Source of the DNA: a virus | Lineage: Duplodnaviria; Caudoviricetes | Reading direction: 5' to 3' (one strand) | IMG/VR virus record: IMGVR_UViG_3300034096_000868 | Location: 128-64,127 of that record | DNA length: 64,000 nucleotides | Part shown: piece after piece, positions 18,508-29,300 of the stretch | Layout of the letters: the number at the start of each line of letters is the position of its first letter | Numbering within the stretch: position 1 is the first letter of the stretch | The notes under the pieces: generated by a model | The model's database searches: none | The model's input: only the letters and a program-made list of their open reading frames with translations | Told to the model about the DNA's origin: nothing | Program-made: the position numbers and the translations under genes

Positions 18508-19491
18508 ATGACAATAGATTTAAGATACGGAGATACAATAGAACAAATGAAATTGATACCTGATAAAAGTATTGACTTTATTTGCTGTGATTTACCTTAT
18601 GGGACAACCGCTTGTATTTGGGATATAATTATACCATTTGATAAACTTTGGAGGGAATATAAAAGGATAATCAAAGATAAAGGAGTAATTGTATTGTTTG
18701 GTAGCGAACCATTTTCATCATTATTAAGAACATCTAATTTAGAGTGGTATAAATATGATTGGATTTGGGAAAAGAATAACGCAGGGAATTTTCAATTAGT
18801 AAATTATCAACCATTAAAAATACACGAAACCATATCAGTTTTTTATAATGAAACACCTAATATGGAATTTGCTAATATTATGGTTGAAAATATGAAAAGA
18901 CTAAACTTAAAGCAAATTGATATTTCAAAATTAGAACTTTCAAGAACAGGTGGAATGACAGGTTGGGTTACAAATAAAATGAACGGTTCTCAATTACCAA
19001 CAGAACAACAATGGAGTAAAATATGTGATTTGTTTGGTATTGAAAATAAATATGACGAAATACTTTTAACTGTAAAAAAGATTACATATAACCTTGAACT
19101 TGATGATACCAAATTAGTATTATCAAATAAAGGGAAAGCTGGAACATTAGGACATCTATCAAGTGAAAGTAAAAGAGAAACATACATACAAGATAAAACA
19201 GGTTATCCAAAAAGTATATTGAAATACAATAGAGAGAATGGATTACATCCAACTCAAAAACCTATACCATTGATGGAATTTTTAATAAAGACATATTCCA
19301 ATGAAGGTGAAACTGTATTAGATAATACGATGGGTAGTTGTTCAACAGGAATTGGATGTATAAATTTGAACCGAAACTTTATTGGGATAGATAATACAAA
19401 AAAGTATTTTAATATTTCTTTAAAGAGGGTGGAAGAAAAAAGAAAAGAAAAAGATTTTAACGTAGTAACTTCATTCGGAGATGGAATGTAG
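18508..19491 (+). CDS. cassette A6: beta-class N6-adenine/N4-cytosine DNA methyltransferase with an inserted HTH-like segment
   Basis: DLPYG (motif IV), HPTQKP, VLDNTMGSCSTG (motif I). Confidence 0.9.
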   Translation: MTIDLRYGDTIEQMKLIPDKSIDFICCDLPYGTTACIWDIIIPFDKLWREYKRIIKDKGVIVLFGSEPFSSLLRTSNLEWYKYDWIWEKNNAGNFQLVNYQPLKIHETISVFYNETPNMEFANIMVENMKRLNLKQIDISKLELSRTGGMTGWVTNKMNGSQLPTEQQWSKICDLFGIENKYDEILLTVKKITYNLELDDTKLVLSNKGKAGTLGHLSSESKRETYIQDKTGYPKSILKYNRENGLHPTQKPIPLMEFLIKTYSNEGETVLDNTMGSCSTGIGCINLNRNFIGIDNTKKYFNISLKRVEEKRKEKDFNVVTSFGDGM

Positions 19492-19532
19492 TATTACTGC
19501 TAACTTCTTTATTTACGCAACAAAAACACAAG

Positions 19533-19775
19533 ATGCAATATTTACGTGACATACAAGATGAGGTTTTTATAATTGTGGACTTTGGAGTTAAGTTTACAAA
19601 TCTACTAATTACTGATATTGGATTACTAAATTCAGAAACTGGCAAAATTCAAAAGAGATGCTACAATGCGGGTAGTTATGGATATTATATTAACGGAAAA
19701 TTCAAGTCAGAAAGTAAACTACCTAAATATCCATTTACTAAAATTATTCATATAAAAGATAAATTACCTTTTTAA
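19533..19775 (+). CDS. hypothetical protein
   Basis: 80 aa, first gene after array A; ends in KLPF. Confidence 0.55.
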   Translation: MQYLRDIQDEVFIIVDFGVKFTNLLITDIGLLNSETGKIQKRCYNAGSYGYYINGKFKSESKLPKYPFTKIIHIKDKLPF

Positions 19776-19782
19776 AAATAAA

Positions 19783-19812
19783 TTTGCAATTCGCTATTTT
19801 TTTATATATTTG
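19783..19812 (+). promoter_or_regulatory. Bacteroidota-type promoter
   Basis: TTTG ... TATATTTG. Confidence 0.55.
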
Positions 19813-19856
19813 CATCTCTGTTTGTTATTTAGATCCATTATTATTATTATTTGAAG

Positions 19857-19882
19857 AACTCCTATTTTATAGGAGTTTTTTT
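19857..19882 (+). terminator. intrinsic terminator
   Basis: AACTCCTAT-TTT-ATAGGAGTT plus T tract. Confidence 0.75.
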
Positions 19883-19890
19883 ATTTTTAA

Positions 19891-19920
19891 TTTGCTTTTT
19901 TAAAATATTCATTATATTTG
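19891..19920 (+). promoter_or_regulatory. Bacteroidota-type promoter for the capsid operon
   Basis: TTTG (19891) ... TATATTTG (19913-19920). Confidence 0.65.
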
Positions 19921-19975
19921 CAATAGTAAAAGTTAGAGTTAGAGTATAGTTAAGTGGAATTTACAACTATATTAA

Positions 19976-20980
19976 ATGTCAGAAATAGATAATGAAGTTA
20001 AAGTAGAAGAAGTTAAACCTACCTTTAATCCAGATGATTTTACAACATCTGCAAATAAAAAAGTAGAAGCCGAGCCAAGTAAAGAAGAACCTAAAGTAGT
20101 AGACACTACAAAGCAAGATGCGCCAACAGTAGAAACTGATGATGAAGATGATACTTTTGAAGTGTTATTTGAAGATTTAGACCTACAAGCACAAGCAAAT
20201 CCAAACACAACAAAGAAAGATGTATTCGCATCTATTAAAGAACTTGACCCTGATATTGACGATGAAGATAAAGCCGTTGAAAGCTACAAGTCTTTAAAGG
20301 AAGCAAATAAAAAATTATCAATCATAGCTAAAGGTCGCTCATTAATAGACACAGACACTGATATTATCGAGTGGAACAAAATGTCTAAAATGTCTGACCA
20401 AGACAAAGCTAAAGCAAAACTATACTTCGAGTATAAAAACAAAGGATTTGACCACGAAAAAGCTATTCAAAGAGTTGAAAAAACTATTGAAGAACTTAAT
20501 GAGGTAAGTCCTGAAACAATAGAAGATTACGCTATTGAGTACAACTCATTGCTAAAAAGAAATATTGAAGCAAAAACTAAACATATTGAAGATTCTATTC
20601 TAGCTAACAACATTGACCTAGATGTAGAAGACGAAGTATTAAAAAATACAGAAACAGCCATTCTTGATACTAAAGAATTTCTAGGTATGAATTTACCTAA
20701 AGATGAAACGAAAAGAGCAAAAATCCTCAAAGATGCAGGAAAGTTTGCCAATTCAACAGAGTTTAAGAAAGCACTAAAAGACCCTCAAACACTTAGCAAA
20801 ATCGCCCTATTCCTCAAATATGAGGATAATTGGAAGAATAACATTAAGCAAAAAGGAGTTTCTAAAGTTGCTATGGTTGAAAAAATGGCTACTGCACCAG
20901 CAGTTACGCCGTCTGTTTCAAAACATATTACTGAAAAAGCAAAAGGGTTCAATCAATTTAACCCCGATGGATTCAAGTAG
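19976..20980 (+). CDS. putative scaffolding protein
   Basis: acidic, helical, directly upstream of the MCP, as in crAss-like gene order. Confidence 0.55.
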   Translation: MSEIDNEVKVEEVKPTFNPDDFTTSANKKVEAEPSKEEPKVVDTTKQDAPTVETDDEDDTFEVLFEDLDLQAQANPNTTKKDVFASIKELDPDIDDEDKAVESYKSLKEANKKLSIIAKGRSLIDTDTDIIEWNKMSKMSDQDKAKAKLYFEYKNKGFDHEKAIQRVEKTIEELNEVSPETIEDYAIEYNSLLKRNIEAKTKHIEDSILANNIDLDVEDEVLKNTETAILDTKEFLGMNLPKDETKRAKILKDAGKFANSTEFKKALKDPQTLSKIALFLKYEDNWKNNIKQKGVSKVAMVEKMATAPAVTPSVSKHITEKAKGFNQFNPDGFK

Positions 20981-21031
20981 TATTGTTTTACATGAGTGAA
21001 GCAAGTGGAATATTAAAAAATTAAAAATTAA

Positions 21032-22504
21032 ATGAAAATTTATACTGGCGGATTGCCAAACAAAAATCCCGTAGACGGTCAATGGTTAGGTGACGTATTG
21101 TTACTTTACCCACAAATCAAGAAACAATTAGTAAAAAAATATTGCGATGATAAAACATTATGTTTTCTTCGTGATTTAATTGGACTAGATGCATCAATAA
21201 ATGAAACTGAATTCCAAAACAGACTAAAGTCTGGACAAATGGGTCTTTCAGGAGATAATATCTCTTGGGCAGTTCAAACGAAAGTTAGACCAGCTTTGAC
21301 TATAACTACATTGCCTCCAATCGGTTCTTCAATAGCACTAAACAGTACATTCACTATTGCATTTGCAGAAGATTGGTTATCTCCAGGAATGGTTGTGACT
21401 ATCAATGATAGCGTGAATGGTGGACAAATCAACTTGTTGATTATGACTGCGGCTACTGGTGCGGGGCCTTATTCTTACACTGCAAAAGTTATTGCAACTG
21501 CTGCGGTAACAATCCCTGCTGGTATAGTAGGTATTGGAGATAGTTTACCATGGACTTGGGCTGCAACTAGTACTTGTACTGAAAGTTGCGTAAAAGCATC
21601 TGTAGTAGCACCTGATTGGTATAAAAACTATACTACACATATCTGTATATCAAGACAAGTATGTAAAACTGGTGTAATGAATAGTACTTGGATAGAGGGA
21701 GCTAATGGCTCAATGTGTTTCCACTCAACAGAAGATTTACAAGTATTTGACTTGTTCTTAGGAACTATGGAAGCTGCCGTATACTATGGTAGAACTAATA
21801 AAAACTCTGCTGGTGCATCTGTGATTACTGGCCCTGATGGAACATTGACTACTGGTGATGGTATCGAAGCTCAAATAGAAGGTGGTAACGTAACTAACTT
21901 CTCTGTGGCTACATATACCAACCCTACGAACTACGCTGCATTCTTAGACTTGATAGAAGTAACTATCGAAGAATGGGCAGCTGAAAGAAACATGGCTAGT
22001 ACAGAATTATTCGCTAGATGCGGCCCTGCTGCATTCTCTTTACTTCAAAAAGTATTAGAGAAAAAAGCATTTACTGCTGGTGGATGTTGTACTTTACATG
22101 ACTTTAAGTCTGGAGAAGCGTATGACTATGCATTAGGTATGAATATCTTGCAATACCATTTTGCAGGTAATATTCTTAACCTAGAAAAATGTATGCTTTT
22201 CGGAAATACATCATTCCAACACGTAAGAAGTGGTAGTGTAATACCTAATGAATCATACAAATTCTTGATACATCCAAAAACAACTTGCGATGGGAAACCA
22301 TTGTATGAAATTTATTTCAGAGAGGGTTGTGGTACATCAAGTGCATTTACTTACAAGTATGTTCCTGGAAAGATGGATCCTAAAGACCCAACTTCTCCAA
22401 AAGCGGCTAACTTGTATGATGGCTACACTGCTGCATACGATACTGAATTTGTTGTGATAGTAAACGAGCCTAGCTCAATGTTACTATTTAGACCAATAGC
22501 TTAG
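21032..22504 (+). CDS. major capsid protein
   Basis: 490 aa, follows the scaffold-like gene and is followed by a terminator; E....YG and TGDGI..QI pattern of HK97-fold crAss-like MCPs. Confidence 0.75.
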   Translation: MKIYTGGLPNKNPVDGQWLGDVLLLYPQIKKQLVKKYCDDKTLCFLRDLIGLDASINETEFQNRLKSGQMGLSGDNISWAVQTKVRPALTITTLPPIGSSIALNSTFTIAFAEDWLSPGMVVTINDSVNGGQINLLIMTAATGAGPYSYTAKVIATAAVTIPAGIVGIGDSLPWTWAATSTCTESCVKASVVAPDWYKNYTTHICISRQVCKTGVMNSTWIEGANGSMCFHSTEDLQVFDLFLGTMEAAVYYGRTNKNSAGASVITGPDGTLTTGDGIEAQIEGGNVTNFSVATYTNPTNYAAFLDLIEVTIEEWAAERNMASTELFARCGPAAFSLLQKVLEKKAFTAGGCCTLHDFKSGEAYDYALGMNILQYHFAGNILNLEKCMLFGNTSFQHVRSGSVIPNESYKFLIHPKTTCDGKPLYEIYFREGCGTSSAFTYKYVPGKMDPKDPTSPKAANLYDGYTAAYDTEFVVIVNEPSSMLLFRPIA

Positions 22505-22519
22505 TAATAACACTAATAG

Positions 22520-22548
22520 TAAGGGAGTTCCGTAAAACTCCCTTATTT
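22520..22548 (+). terminator. intrinsic terminator after the MCP gene
   Basis: TAAGGGAGTT...AACTCCCTTA stem. Confidence 0.7.
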
Positions 22549-22601
22549 ATATTTTACATTAGAAATAAATTTTATTAAATCAAAAAAAAGTAAACAAGTA
22601 A

Positions 22602-23336
22602 ATGAGTAAAATAGTAGAAATCCGTCCGAATCCAAATTTTAGCGGTAACATAGTAGGTTCTCTTAAGATTAGTGGAGATTTCAAAGACACTAAAGGGAAA
22701 GTAATTCTATCTACATTAGGTAGAGAATCTTTAAAGATAGATGGTAATGGGATGCTTTTACAACCCGACTTATATCCATTACACGCTGACATTATTAAGG
22801 CAGCAACAGAAAGTCCAACATTTAGTGCTATGTTATCTTATCCAAAAGAAGGACAAACGCTAAGTGCAAACCAAAGATTTTATTTGCATGACCAAGAACT
22901 ACATGAGCAAAAAGAACATGACGTACTTGTAGAATCTCACAGATTATCCGATGAAATTCTAAACATGGATGATGCAAGAGTTGTAAACTTTGCAAAGATA
23001 TTCGGTATCTATGGTAGTGCTAAGAAATGTAAGAATGAACTAGTTAAGTTTAGTTCAGACAAAGTAAAAGCAAAAGAAATTGCAGACTACTTCAATAATC
23101 CTGATAGGCTTATTTTAGAGGTTATCCATGCATCACTTGAAAAAGGTAACGCTAGCGAGAAAAAAGGTTTGTATGCTGAAAATGGGTACTATTCTTACAT
23201 GGGTAATGCTATTGGATATGGAATAGACAAAGTTGTATTGTGGTGCAAAGAAGAAAAAGATATTTATATACACTTGAAAGGAAACGTATATAAAGATGAG
23301 GTAATTTCAAGTAAAGTCGATAAGAAAAATAAATAA
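22602..23336 (+). CDS. hypothetical protein (post-MCP conserved gene)
   Basis: 244 aa; position matches the conserved gene after the MCP in crAss-like genomes. Confidence 0.55.
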   Translation: MSKIVEIRPNPNFSGNIVGSLKISGDFKDTKGKVILSTLGRESLKIDGNGMLLQPDLYPLHADIIKAATESPTFSAMLSYPKEGQTLSANQRFYLHDQELHEQKEHDVLVESHRLSDEILNMDDARVVNFAKIFGIYGSAKKCKNELVKFSSDKVKAKEIADYFNNPDRLILEVIHASLEKGNASEKKGLYAENGYYSYMGNAIGYGIDKVVLWCKEEKDIYIHLKGNVYKDEVISSKVDKKNK

Positions 23337-23342
23337 TTCTTT

Positions 23343-23969
23343 ATGACATTTGAACAAATGTTTAATTTATCAAACTCCCTTTTAGATAAAGTAGGTTCTC
23401 CTTACTTTACTGAATCGGAGTTTGATGATTTTTGTAATATAGCTTATAATGATTGGATTGAGCAAGAATATAATAAATTTGAAATCAACCACGAGCATTC
23501 AGTTAAGCTAGATAGATTACTAGTGCCTTATACTAAGATTGGCACAGAGATATTTCTTACTACAGATATTACTAATTTTAGGTATCTAGCTAGGATAAAT
23601 GGAGAGTTTAATGACACTTGTGATGGATTAGTCACTAGGAATATTAGACAAGCTAAAAACAACAATATTGATGTTTTGAAGCAAGACCCTTTTAATAGAC
23701 CAACAACAAAAGAGCCGTTATTCTTTATTACAGCAGGGCCAAAAATAGAAGTTTTACCAACTGCTAATAGAGTAAATATTGTTTACGTACGTGATCCACA
23801 GAAAATTAATTCAGATACCAACCCAACGGGAGTATTTGAACTGCCCGATTATCTTGCAGAAGAAATAGTTGAAATGGCAGTTAGGAAACAAGATGTAAAC
23901 ACAGAAAACTACAACCAAGCAAATGCAATTAACAACGAAATAGCACAAAGAAATGGAGTATTTGAGTAA
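23343..23969 (+). CDS. tail ring / head-tail connector protein
   Basis: MTFEQM...LDK...E.D.F.N.A N-terminus and Y.R.P....ELP....EIV..AV C-terminus. Confidence 0.6.
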   Translation: MTFEQMFNLSNSLLDKVGSPYFTESEFDDFCNIAYNDWIEQEYNKFEINHEHSVKLDRLLVPYTKIGTEIFLTTDITNFRYLARINGEFNDTCDGLVTRNIRQAKNNNIDVLKQDPFNRPTTKEPLFFITAGPKIEVLPTANRVNIVYVRDPQKINSDTNPTGVFELPDYLAEEIVEMAVRKQDVNTENYNQANAINNEIAQRNGVFE

Positions 23970-24216
23970 CCAAGAGGCATTTAATCAAATAAATGCAATG
24001 ACGGATGAAGAATTGATTGAGTTTATAGTTCAATCTGAATTAGATATACCACATGACGTTGTTGGTGGTAAGCTAATAAATAGAGAAATGATTATTCATA
24101 ATCTAACGGGGATTAATCCTAATCCTAATGTTAGAATAACTTATACATGGAAAGGTGAAAAAACCGAACAAAAAATCACAGGAACAACCAGTGGATGTAA
24201 AACCTGCGGTAGTTAA
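23953..24216 (+). CDS. hypothetical protein
   Basis: 87 aa ending in GCKTCGS. Confidence 0.5.
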   Translation: MEYLSNQEAFNQINAMTDEELIEFIVQSELDIPHDVVGGKLINREMIIHNLTGINPNPNVRITYTWKGEKTEQKITGTTSGCKTCGS

Positions 24217-24287
24217 AAAAAAGTTAAAGGCAGTCAAAGTTTTAAATAACTTCACTAGAAGTTATGAAATTAAATTTATAGAAGAAG

Positions 24288-24959
24288 ATGCCAACAGCTA
24301 ATGAAATAGTTTATAACGTAAGAAACCTTTATTCAGAGGGTGTATCTAATAGAGATTATAGCTTCTCTGATAGACAAATACTCTATTGGGCAAAATACGT
24401 TAGAAATGACCTATTGTATAAGGATTTAAAAAATTCAGATATAATCAACCCACAATACGAGCAAGATTTTGGTTGTATAAAATTGACTAAGGTAGACCAA
24501 GCGAATTGCACCGAAGTTAAATGGGGAGAAAATCTACTTATGGCAATAATCCCAAAAGTTTTAGACTTACCAGGCAATGCTGGACTTACATTTTTAGGAC
24601 TAGTAGATAAAGTTAGCTCAATTCCAATAGGGATTACAGATGCAATTTTAGATAAATACGCACCTTACAAAAGAAAAAATGGAGTATCTGCTCAAATAAT
24701 TGGCAATAAAGTTTACATATATGGGAACAATGACTTGTGTTATATTAATGTGAGAGGTGTTGCTGATGATCCAACAACAATTCAAACTTGCGGTATAGAC
24801 AATGTAGAAAAGTGTTTCGATTGGGATAAGGATTGTTACCCTATACCTAGTCATTTAGAAAAGGCAATGTATGATATGATTTTTGCTCATACAATGCCAA
24901 TTATATTAAGAAGTTTACCGGATAATAAAAACGATGGCAGCAACGAAAGTAAGGTATGA
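24288..24959 (+). CDS. tail ring protein
   Basis: T..EIVY...S.RQI..W....R and V.GV..DP...YPIP pattern resembling crAss-like ring proteins. Confidence 0.6.
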   Translation: MPTANEIVYNVRNLYSEGVSNRDYSFSDRQILYWAKYVRNDLLYKDLKNSDIINPQYEQDFGCIKLTKVDQANCTEVKWGENLLMAIIPKVLDLPGNAGLTFLGLVDKVSSIPIGITDAILDKYAPYKRKNGVSAQIIGNKVYIYGNNDLCYINVRGVADDPTTIQTCGIDNVEKCFDWDKDCYPIPSHLEKAMYDMIFAHTMPIILRSLPDNKNDGSNESKV

Positions 24960-25422
24960 GAAAAAAGGTTATAATAAAGTTATAACTAATGAAAATGAGC
25001 ATAAGAAATGGAATTTCCTAATGCCATTGTCATTGCAGGAACTAGGTAAACTAACTTTAAAAAGGTATGTAGATAGGAAACAAGATGACACTGGATTTGT
25101 TGTACCTAGAAGAAAGAAACCAAGTCCTATACTTTTAAAACAGATGATACTCAAATATCTTGAATTTGCTATTGAGGAACTTATAGAGAATGGAGAGGTT
25201 TATTTTTTAAAGAAAAGACTTTATATAAAAAAGATACCTAGCAGAAAAGGATATGAGCATGATAAGAAATGGAATGGACACGAATATGTAGTGTTTATGG
25301 ATTCTATAAAGAAACTAATAACAAAGGAAAAGGAAATACAAGTAGAGTTTACTTTGGGTAAAAAATACCGAGAGATGCTTTATGAAAAAGTAAAAAATAA
25401 TTGGAACTACTATGAAAAATAA
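24934..25422 (+). CDS. basic protein, IHF/HU-like by position
   Basis: Lys/Arg-rich; sits between ring genes where crAss-like phages encode an IHF-like protein. Confidence 0.4.
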   Translation: MAATKVRYEKKGYNKVITNENEHKKWNFLMPLSLQELGKLTLKRYVDRKQDDTGFVVPRRKKPSPILLKQMILKYLEFAIEELIENGEVYFLKKRLYIKKIPSRKGYEHDKKWNGHEYVVFMDSIKKLITKEKEIQVEFTLGKKYREMLYEKVKNNWNYYEK

Positions 25423-25687
25423 TCATTTCTTATTAGAAACACTAAAACTTAGATTTGTAGGTAAACCAATTTCTACAGAAAGAAGAAGTATTTGCGAAAC
25501 TTGTCCAATTAAAGATGGAGAGTTTTGTTCTAGTTCAACAAAAGGTACTGCAGTTAAGAATTTAGAGTATGATGGAGAACAAAGAATATTAGGCAATCAA
25601 TATCCAGGTTGTGGGTGCATTATAAAGTGGAAAACGTCATTGATTAACGAAAAATGCCCATTAGGTAAGTGGGATAAAGCACAATAA
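25412..25687 (+). CDS. small Cys-rich (Zn-binding) protein
   Basis: R..IC..CP...C...GCGC...K.......CPLGKW. Confidence 0.65.
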   Translation: MKNNHFLLETLKLRFVGKPISTERRSICETCPIKDGEFCSSSTKGTAVKNLEYDGEQRILGNQYPGCGCIIKWKTSLINEKCPLGKWDKAQ

Positions 25688-26317
25688 ATGGAAATAATAA
25701 AATACGTAAGCACATTTACTCCTATTAGAACTGCTTGTGGCGATTTAGGTATGAGTGGAGTTATGCAAACGCTTGAAGAAGATTTAGTTCGTTGGGCAGT
25801 TGAGGCACAAGACTTGATAGGAAAAGAAAATGCACTGCAAAATAAGTCGGGAGATTTCACAATAAAAAATAACAAGATAAGGTATTGTGCTGATATGAAA
25901 ATAATTGATTGTGTTTCAATCAATGGAGAATTATATGATTTTGAGCAAAGAAATGAGTGTAGCGATTTAGTTACTAACACTTGTCCTTGTAGCAATGCAA
26001 ATTCTAAAAAGATATTCACTGCTGATGGATGTTTTATTTCATTCAGTCCTGCGGTAGAGGATGGTACGATTGCCAAAATTAAATATATGGCTAGACCAAT
26101 GGATGACAATGGTTATCCGAAAGTTGCAGATGTGTGTGTTATTGCAATACAAGAATACATTAAATGGAAACTATGCTTTAGATATAGAGATAATAGAAGT
26201 GCAGAGTGTCAAAGAAGATGGTATGAATTGTGCCGACAAGCGCGCTCACAATATAACCAACTTACACAAAAACAAATTGAATACTTAGGATACGTATTTA
26301 GAAACCCAAGAATATAG
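25688..26317 (+). CDS. tail ring protein
   Basis: W..EA...IG ... Y...P.D..GYP.V pattern; precedes the muzzle gene. Confidence 0.6.
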   Translation: MEIIKYVSTFTPIRTACGDLGMSGVMQTLEEDLVRWAVEAQDLIGKENALQNKSGDFTIKNNKIRYCADMKIIDCVSINGELYDFEQRNECSDLVTNTCPCSNANSKKIFTADGCFISFSPAVEDGTIAKIKYMARPMDDNGYPKVADVCVIAIQEYIKWKLCFRYRDNRSAECQRRWYELCRQARSQYNQLTQKQIEYLGYVFRNPRI

Positions 26318-29300
26318 ATGAAGCACATAAATAGTTTTAATGGAGGTATGAAAAGAGATTATAATGAAAATTATACTCAAGCAAATACCTATTTAGAAAG
26401 CCTTAACGGGAGATTAGTATTCAATGAAAATAACAATACTTTAGCATGGACTTTTGCCAATGGGACTACATTTGTATTTAATCTAAATGCAAATGAAGAA
26501 ATAGTAGGTGGGTGCGAATCTAATAATAAGCTCATACTTTTAGTTACCAATGGAGTTACTAGTAGAATAGTAGGACTAAAAGAAGACCAATTTGGAGTAT
26601 ATGCAATTTATGAATTATTCAATGATGATTATGATCCATACAATGATAGATTAAATTTCAGAAACAGATGTAAAGTAAATTCTATTGTAGAAAATGATGG
26701 TATTGAGCGAATATATTGGAATGATGATAGAAACGACCCAAGAGTATTTAATCTTTTTGCATTAGGCGATTGGGGTGCAGCATACAACCCTCCATATCCA
26801 AACTACTATTCAGTGCATTCAATGGATAGAATGATAGACTTGCATTGGGGTAATATTAGATTTTATAGAAACATTAGTGGTACATTAACCGTAGCTAAAA
26901 GACAATATTTTTATAGATATATTCATAAAAACGGATATACAAGTCCATGGTCGCCTATTTCAGAAGCTATATTTATAACTAGTGACGAGCCTAACTTAAC
27001 AGATTGGAATGAGTATGAAATGGAAGTGAGTGGCACTTCAACAAAGAAAGGACACATGATTAGGCTTACTGATTTAGATGTTCGATTTAATGAAGTAGAA
27101 GTAGGTTGTGTTGTTTGGGAAACGGATGAAGCACCAAAAAGAGCTTATGTGTTTCAAAAACTAGACATTACGGCATCAACTATTGACGTTTCGCACATTT
27201 CAGATGTTGGTAACGGCATACTTTTAGAAGAAATTAACCAAAGATACTTTGATGTTAGCCACGCTAAAACACAAAATATCAAAAATAACTTTTTACATGA
27301 GGGCAATATAGTATTAAGAGAACAACCATTAATTGCAGATGAAGTTCTAAATGCAATAACCATTACTCCTATAATAAGAGAAATGCTTAGTGATGAAACA
27401 AACACTAAGTTTCAATTACCGCTCACAAATCAAGCACCTAAAACTACATTTGTAACAAAAGGAGTATTTGGAGCAGTAACAGAAACATTGCCTATTGTTC
27501 AAGATTACATAAACTACAAAGGTACACAATGGGAACATACGTTCAAAGGACACTTTAGAGGGGGACTATATCCTTATTCTATTGTGTTATTTGATAGAAA
27601 AGGGCAACCATGCTTTGCCCAATATATAGGAGATTTTCAGTTTCCAGAGCAGTATAATAACAGTTGGTCATTAAAAAGACCTAGTGGAACAACTGTTGGA
27701 ACAACTGGTTCTATTGGAGATTACACATTGACAATTTACGACCCGGTAACTGGTGCAACAGACCCAATAACAGACACAATATTTAGAGGTTCAAACCACG
27801 CTTTAAAAATATTAGGAGCAAAATTTAGTGGTATTGATTTAACAGATATAATTTATGATGCTGATGGTAAAATTCAATTAAGTGGATTTTCTATTATTAG
27901 AAGTGATAGAGTTCCTGACATTATTTGTCAAGGACTATTATTGAATTGTACAGTTGAAGTAAATGAAGTAAATAACGAAAGTCCGTTTCCTGATGCATTA
28001 GGATATGAAAGGAATATACCTAAAGTTCAACCATTACATAGTCATGGTTCTGTATATTTATACAAAAACACATTACCAAACACTAGGCCATTCTATTCGC
28101 AAGGGATAACTCCTGCAAATCCGGTTGTAACGGCATCTGATGACGACCATGGTTCAAATAAAAGTGGTGGTAGATACGTTGCACAACACACATTTACATT
28201 TGAAGCTCCTGATTTTCTTATTGATTCAAACGTGATAAATACACAGGGAACAAACAAATTTAAAATAGTAGGTAACTGCCAACTATCATTCAATAGTCCA
28301 AAATTTGATTTGCAACCAATAGTAAATACTAGAAGTTATGCAAGTTCATTTAATGGAAATAACAATCAATTTAACACAAAGCACTATTCTACATTAATGG
28401 GTGGAGTTCAGTGGGTTAATGATTTAGATGGGGCAGGTTCAGTAGGTATAGGAAATGTTCAACCATTTGCCTTATGGGGAACTGAAAAAAATGCAGATGA
28501 AATAAAAGCACCCGTATTCAAAGAAGAATTTTATACTATTGGAGATGGATATTACTTAATATCAAATTGGGAAACATTCTTAAATGGTTATCAAAATCTA
28601 CCGCCAACAGAAGATTGGCAGGCTAGAGGGCATCAAAATTCAATATACGTATCAGCTAAGTTCGGAAATCTATTGAGTTTCTATGTGCCTTGGATAAATC
28701 CTACTGACATGACCTCAAATAGAAGTTGTTATTTCATAGCAAATTATAGAACTGGATTAGATGGATATGTGCTAGACGATAATATTGTAAAAAATAGAGT
28801 TTACAAAAATATAGGCCATTTTATTCCTATAAATCCAACTACAATATCACAAGCTACTTCGGGCGGTAGAATTGTATTTGACGATGTTGAAGTATGGGGT
28901 GGCGATTGTTTCGTAGATTTCTTTGATTATTGTAGATTAGTTCCTTTATATGAAGAAGACCCTGAAAATAGACGAGATTATGGATTAGGATTAATATTCC
29001 CAACTGAAAGCAAATTTAACTTCACTATGAAAAAAGGAAGTAGATATGCTAGAGTAGGAAGTAGATCACAGGCAAACGATATTAGTGGTGTATTGGGTGG
29101 AGATATGAATGAGATGATGCAAGATGGAATATTTCAAAGCAGAGTTTCAGATTATTATAGATTAGAAGAATTTAACGTAAATAAAGTACTACAAACGCCT
29201 GATGAAAATTTGAGTGTAAATAAGTATTTTGTTAGAAACGATTGTGGCTTAGATAGAACTGATTTTCCATTGATGTATATTCACTCTGAATTGAAATATC

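Larger units (their letters stand above)
16087..19504 (+). mobile_element. integron-like cassette array A (6 cassettes, no adjacent integrase)
   Basis: AAC junctions at 16087, 16480, 16759, 17422, 18083, 18366, 19502; each but the last is followed by a hairpin ending in GTT (16157, 16602, 16880, 17545, 18203, 18410), and the arm after each GTT is complementary to the end of the same cassette. Confidence 0.9.
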
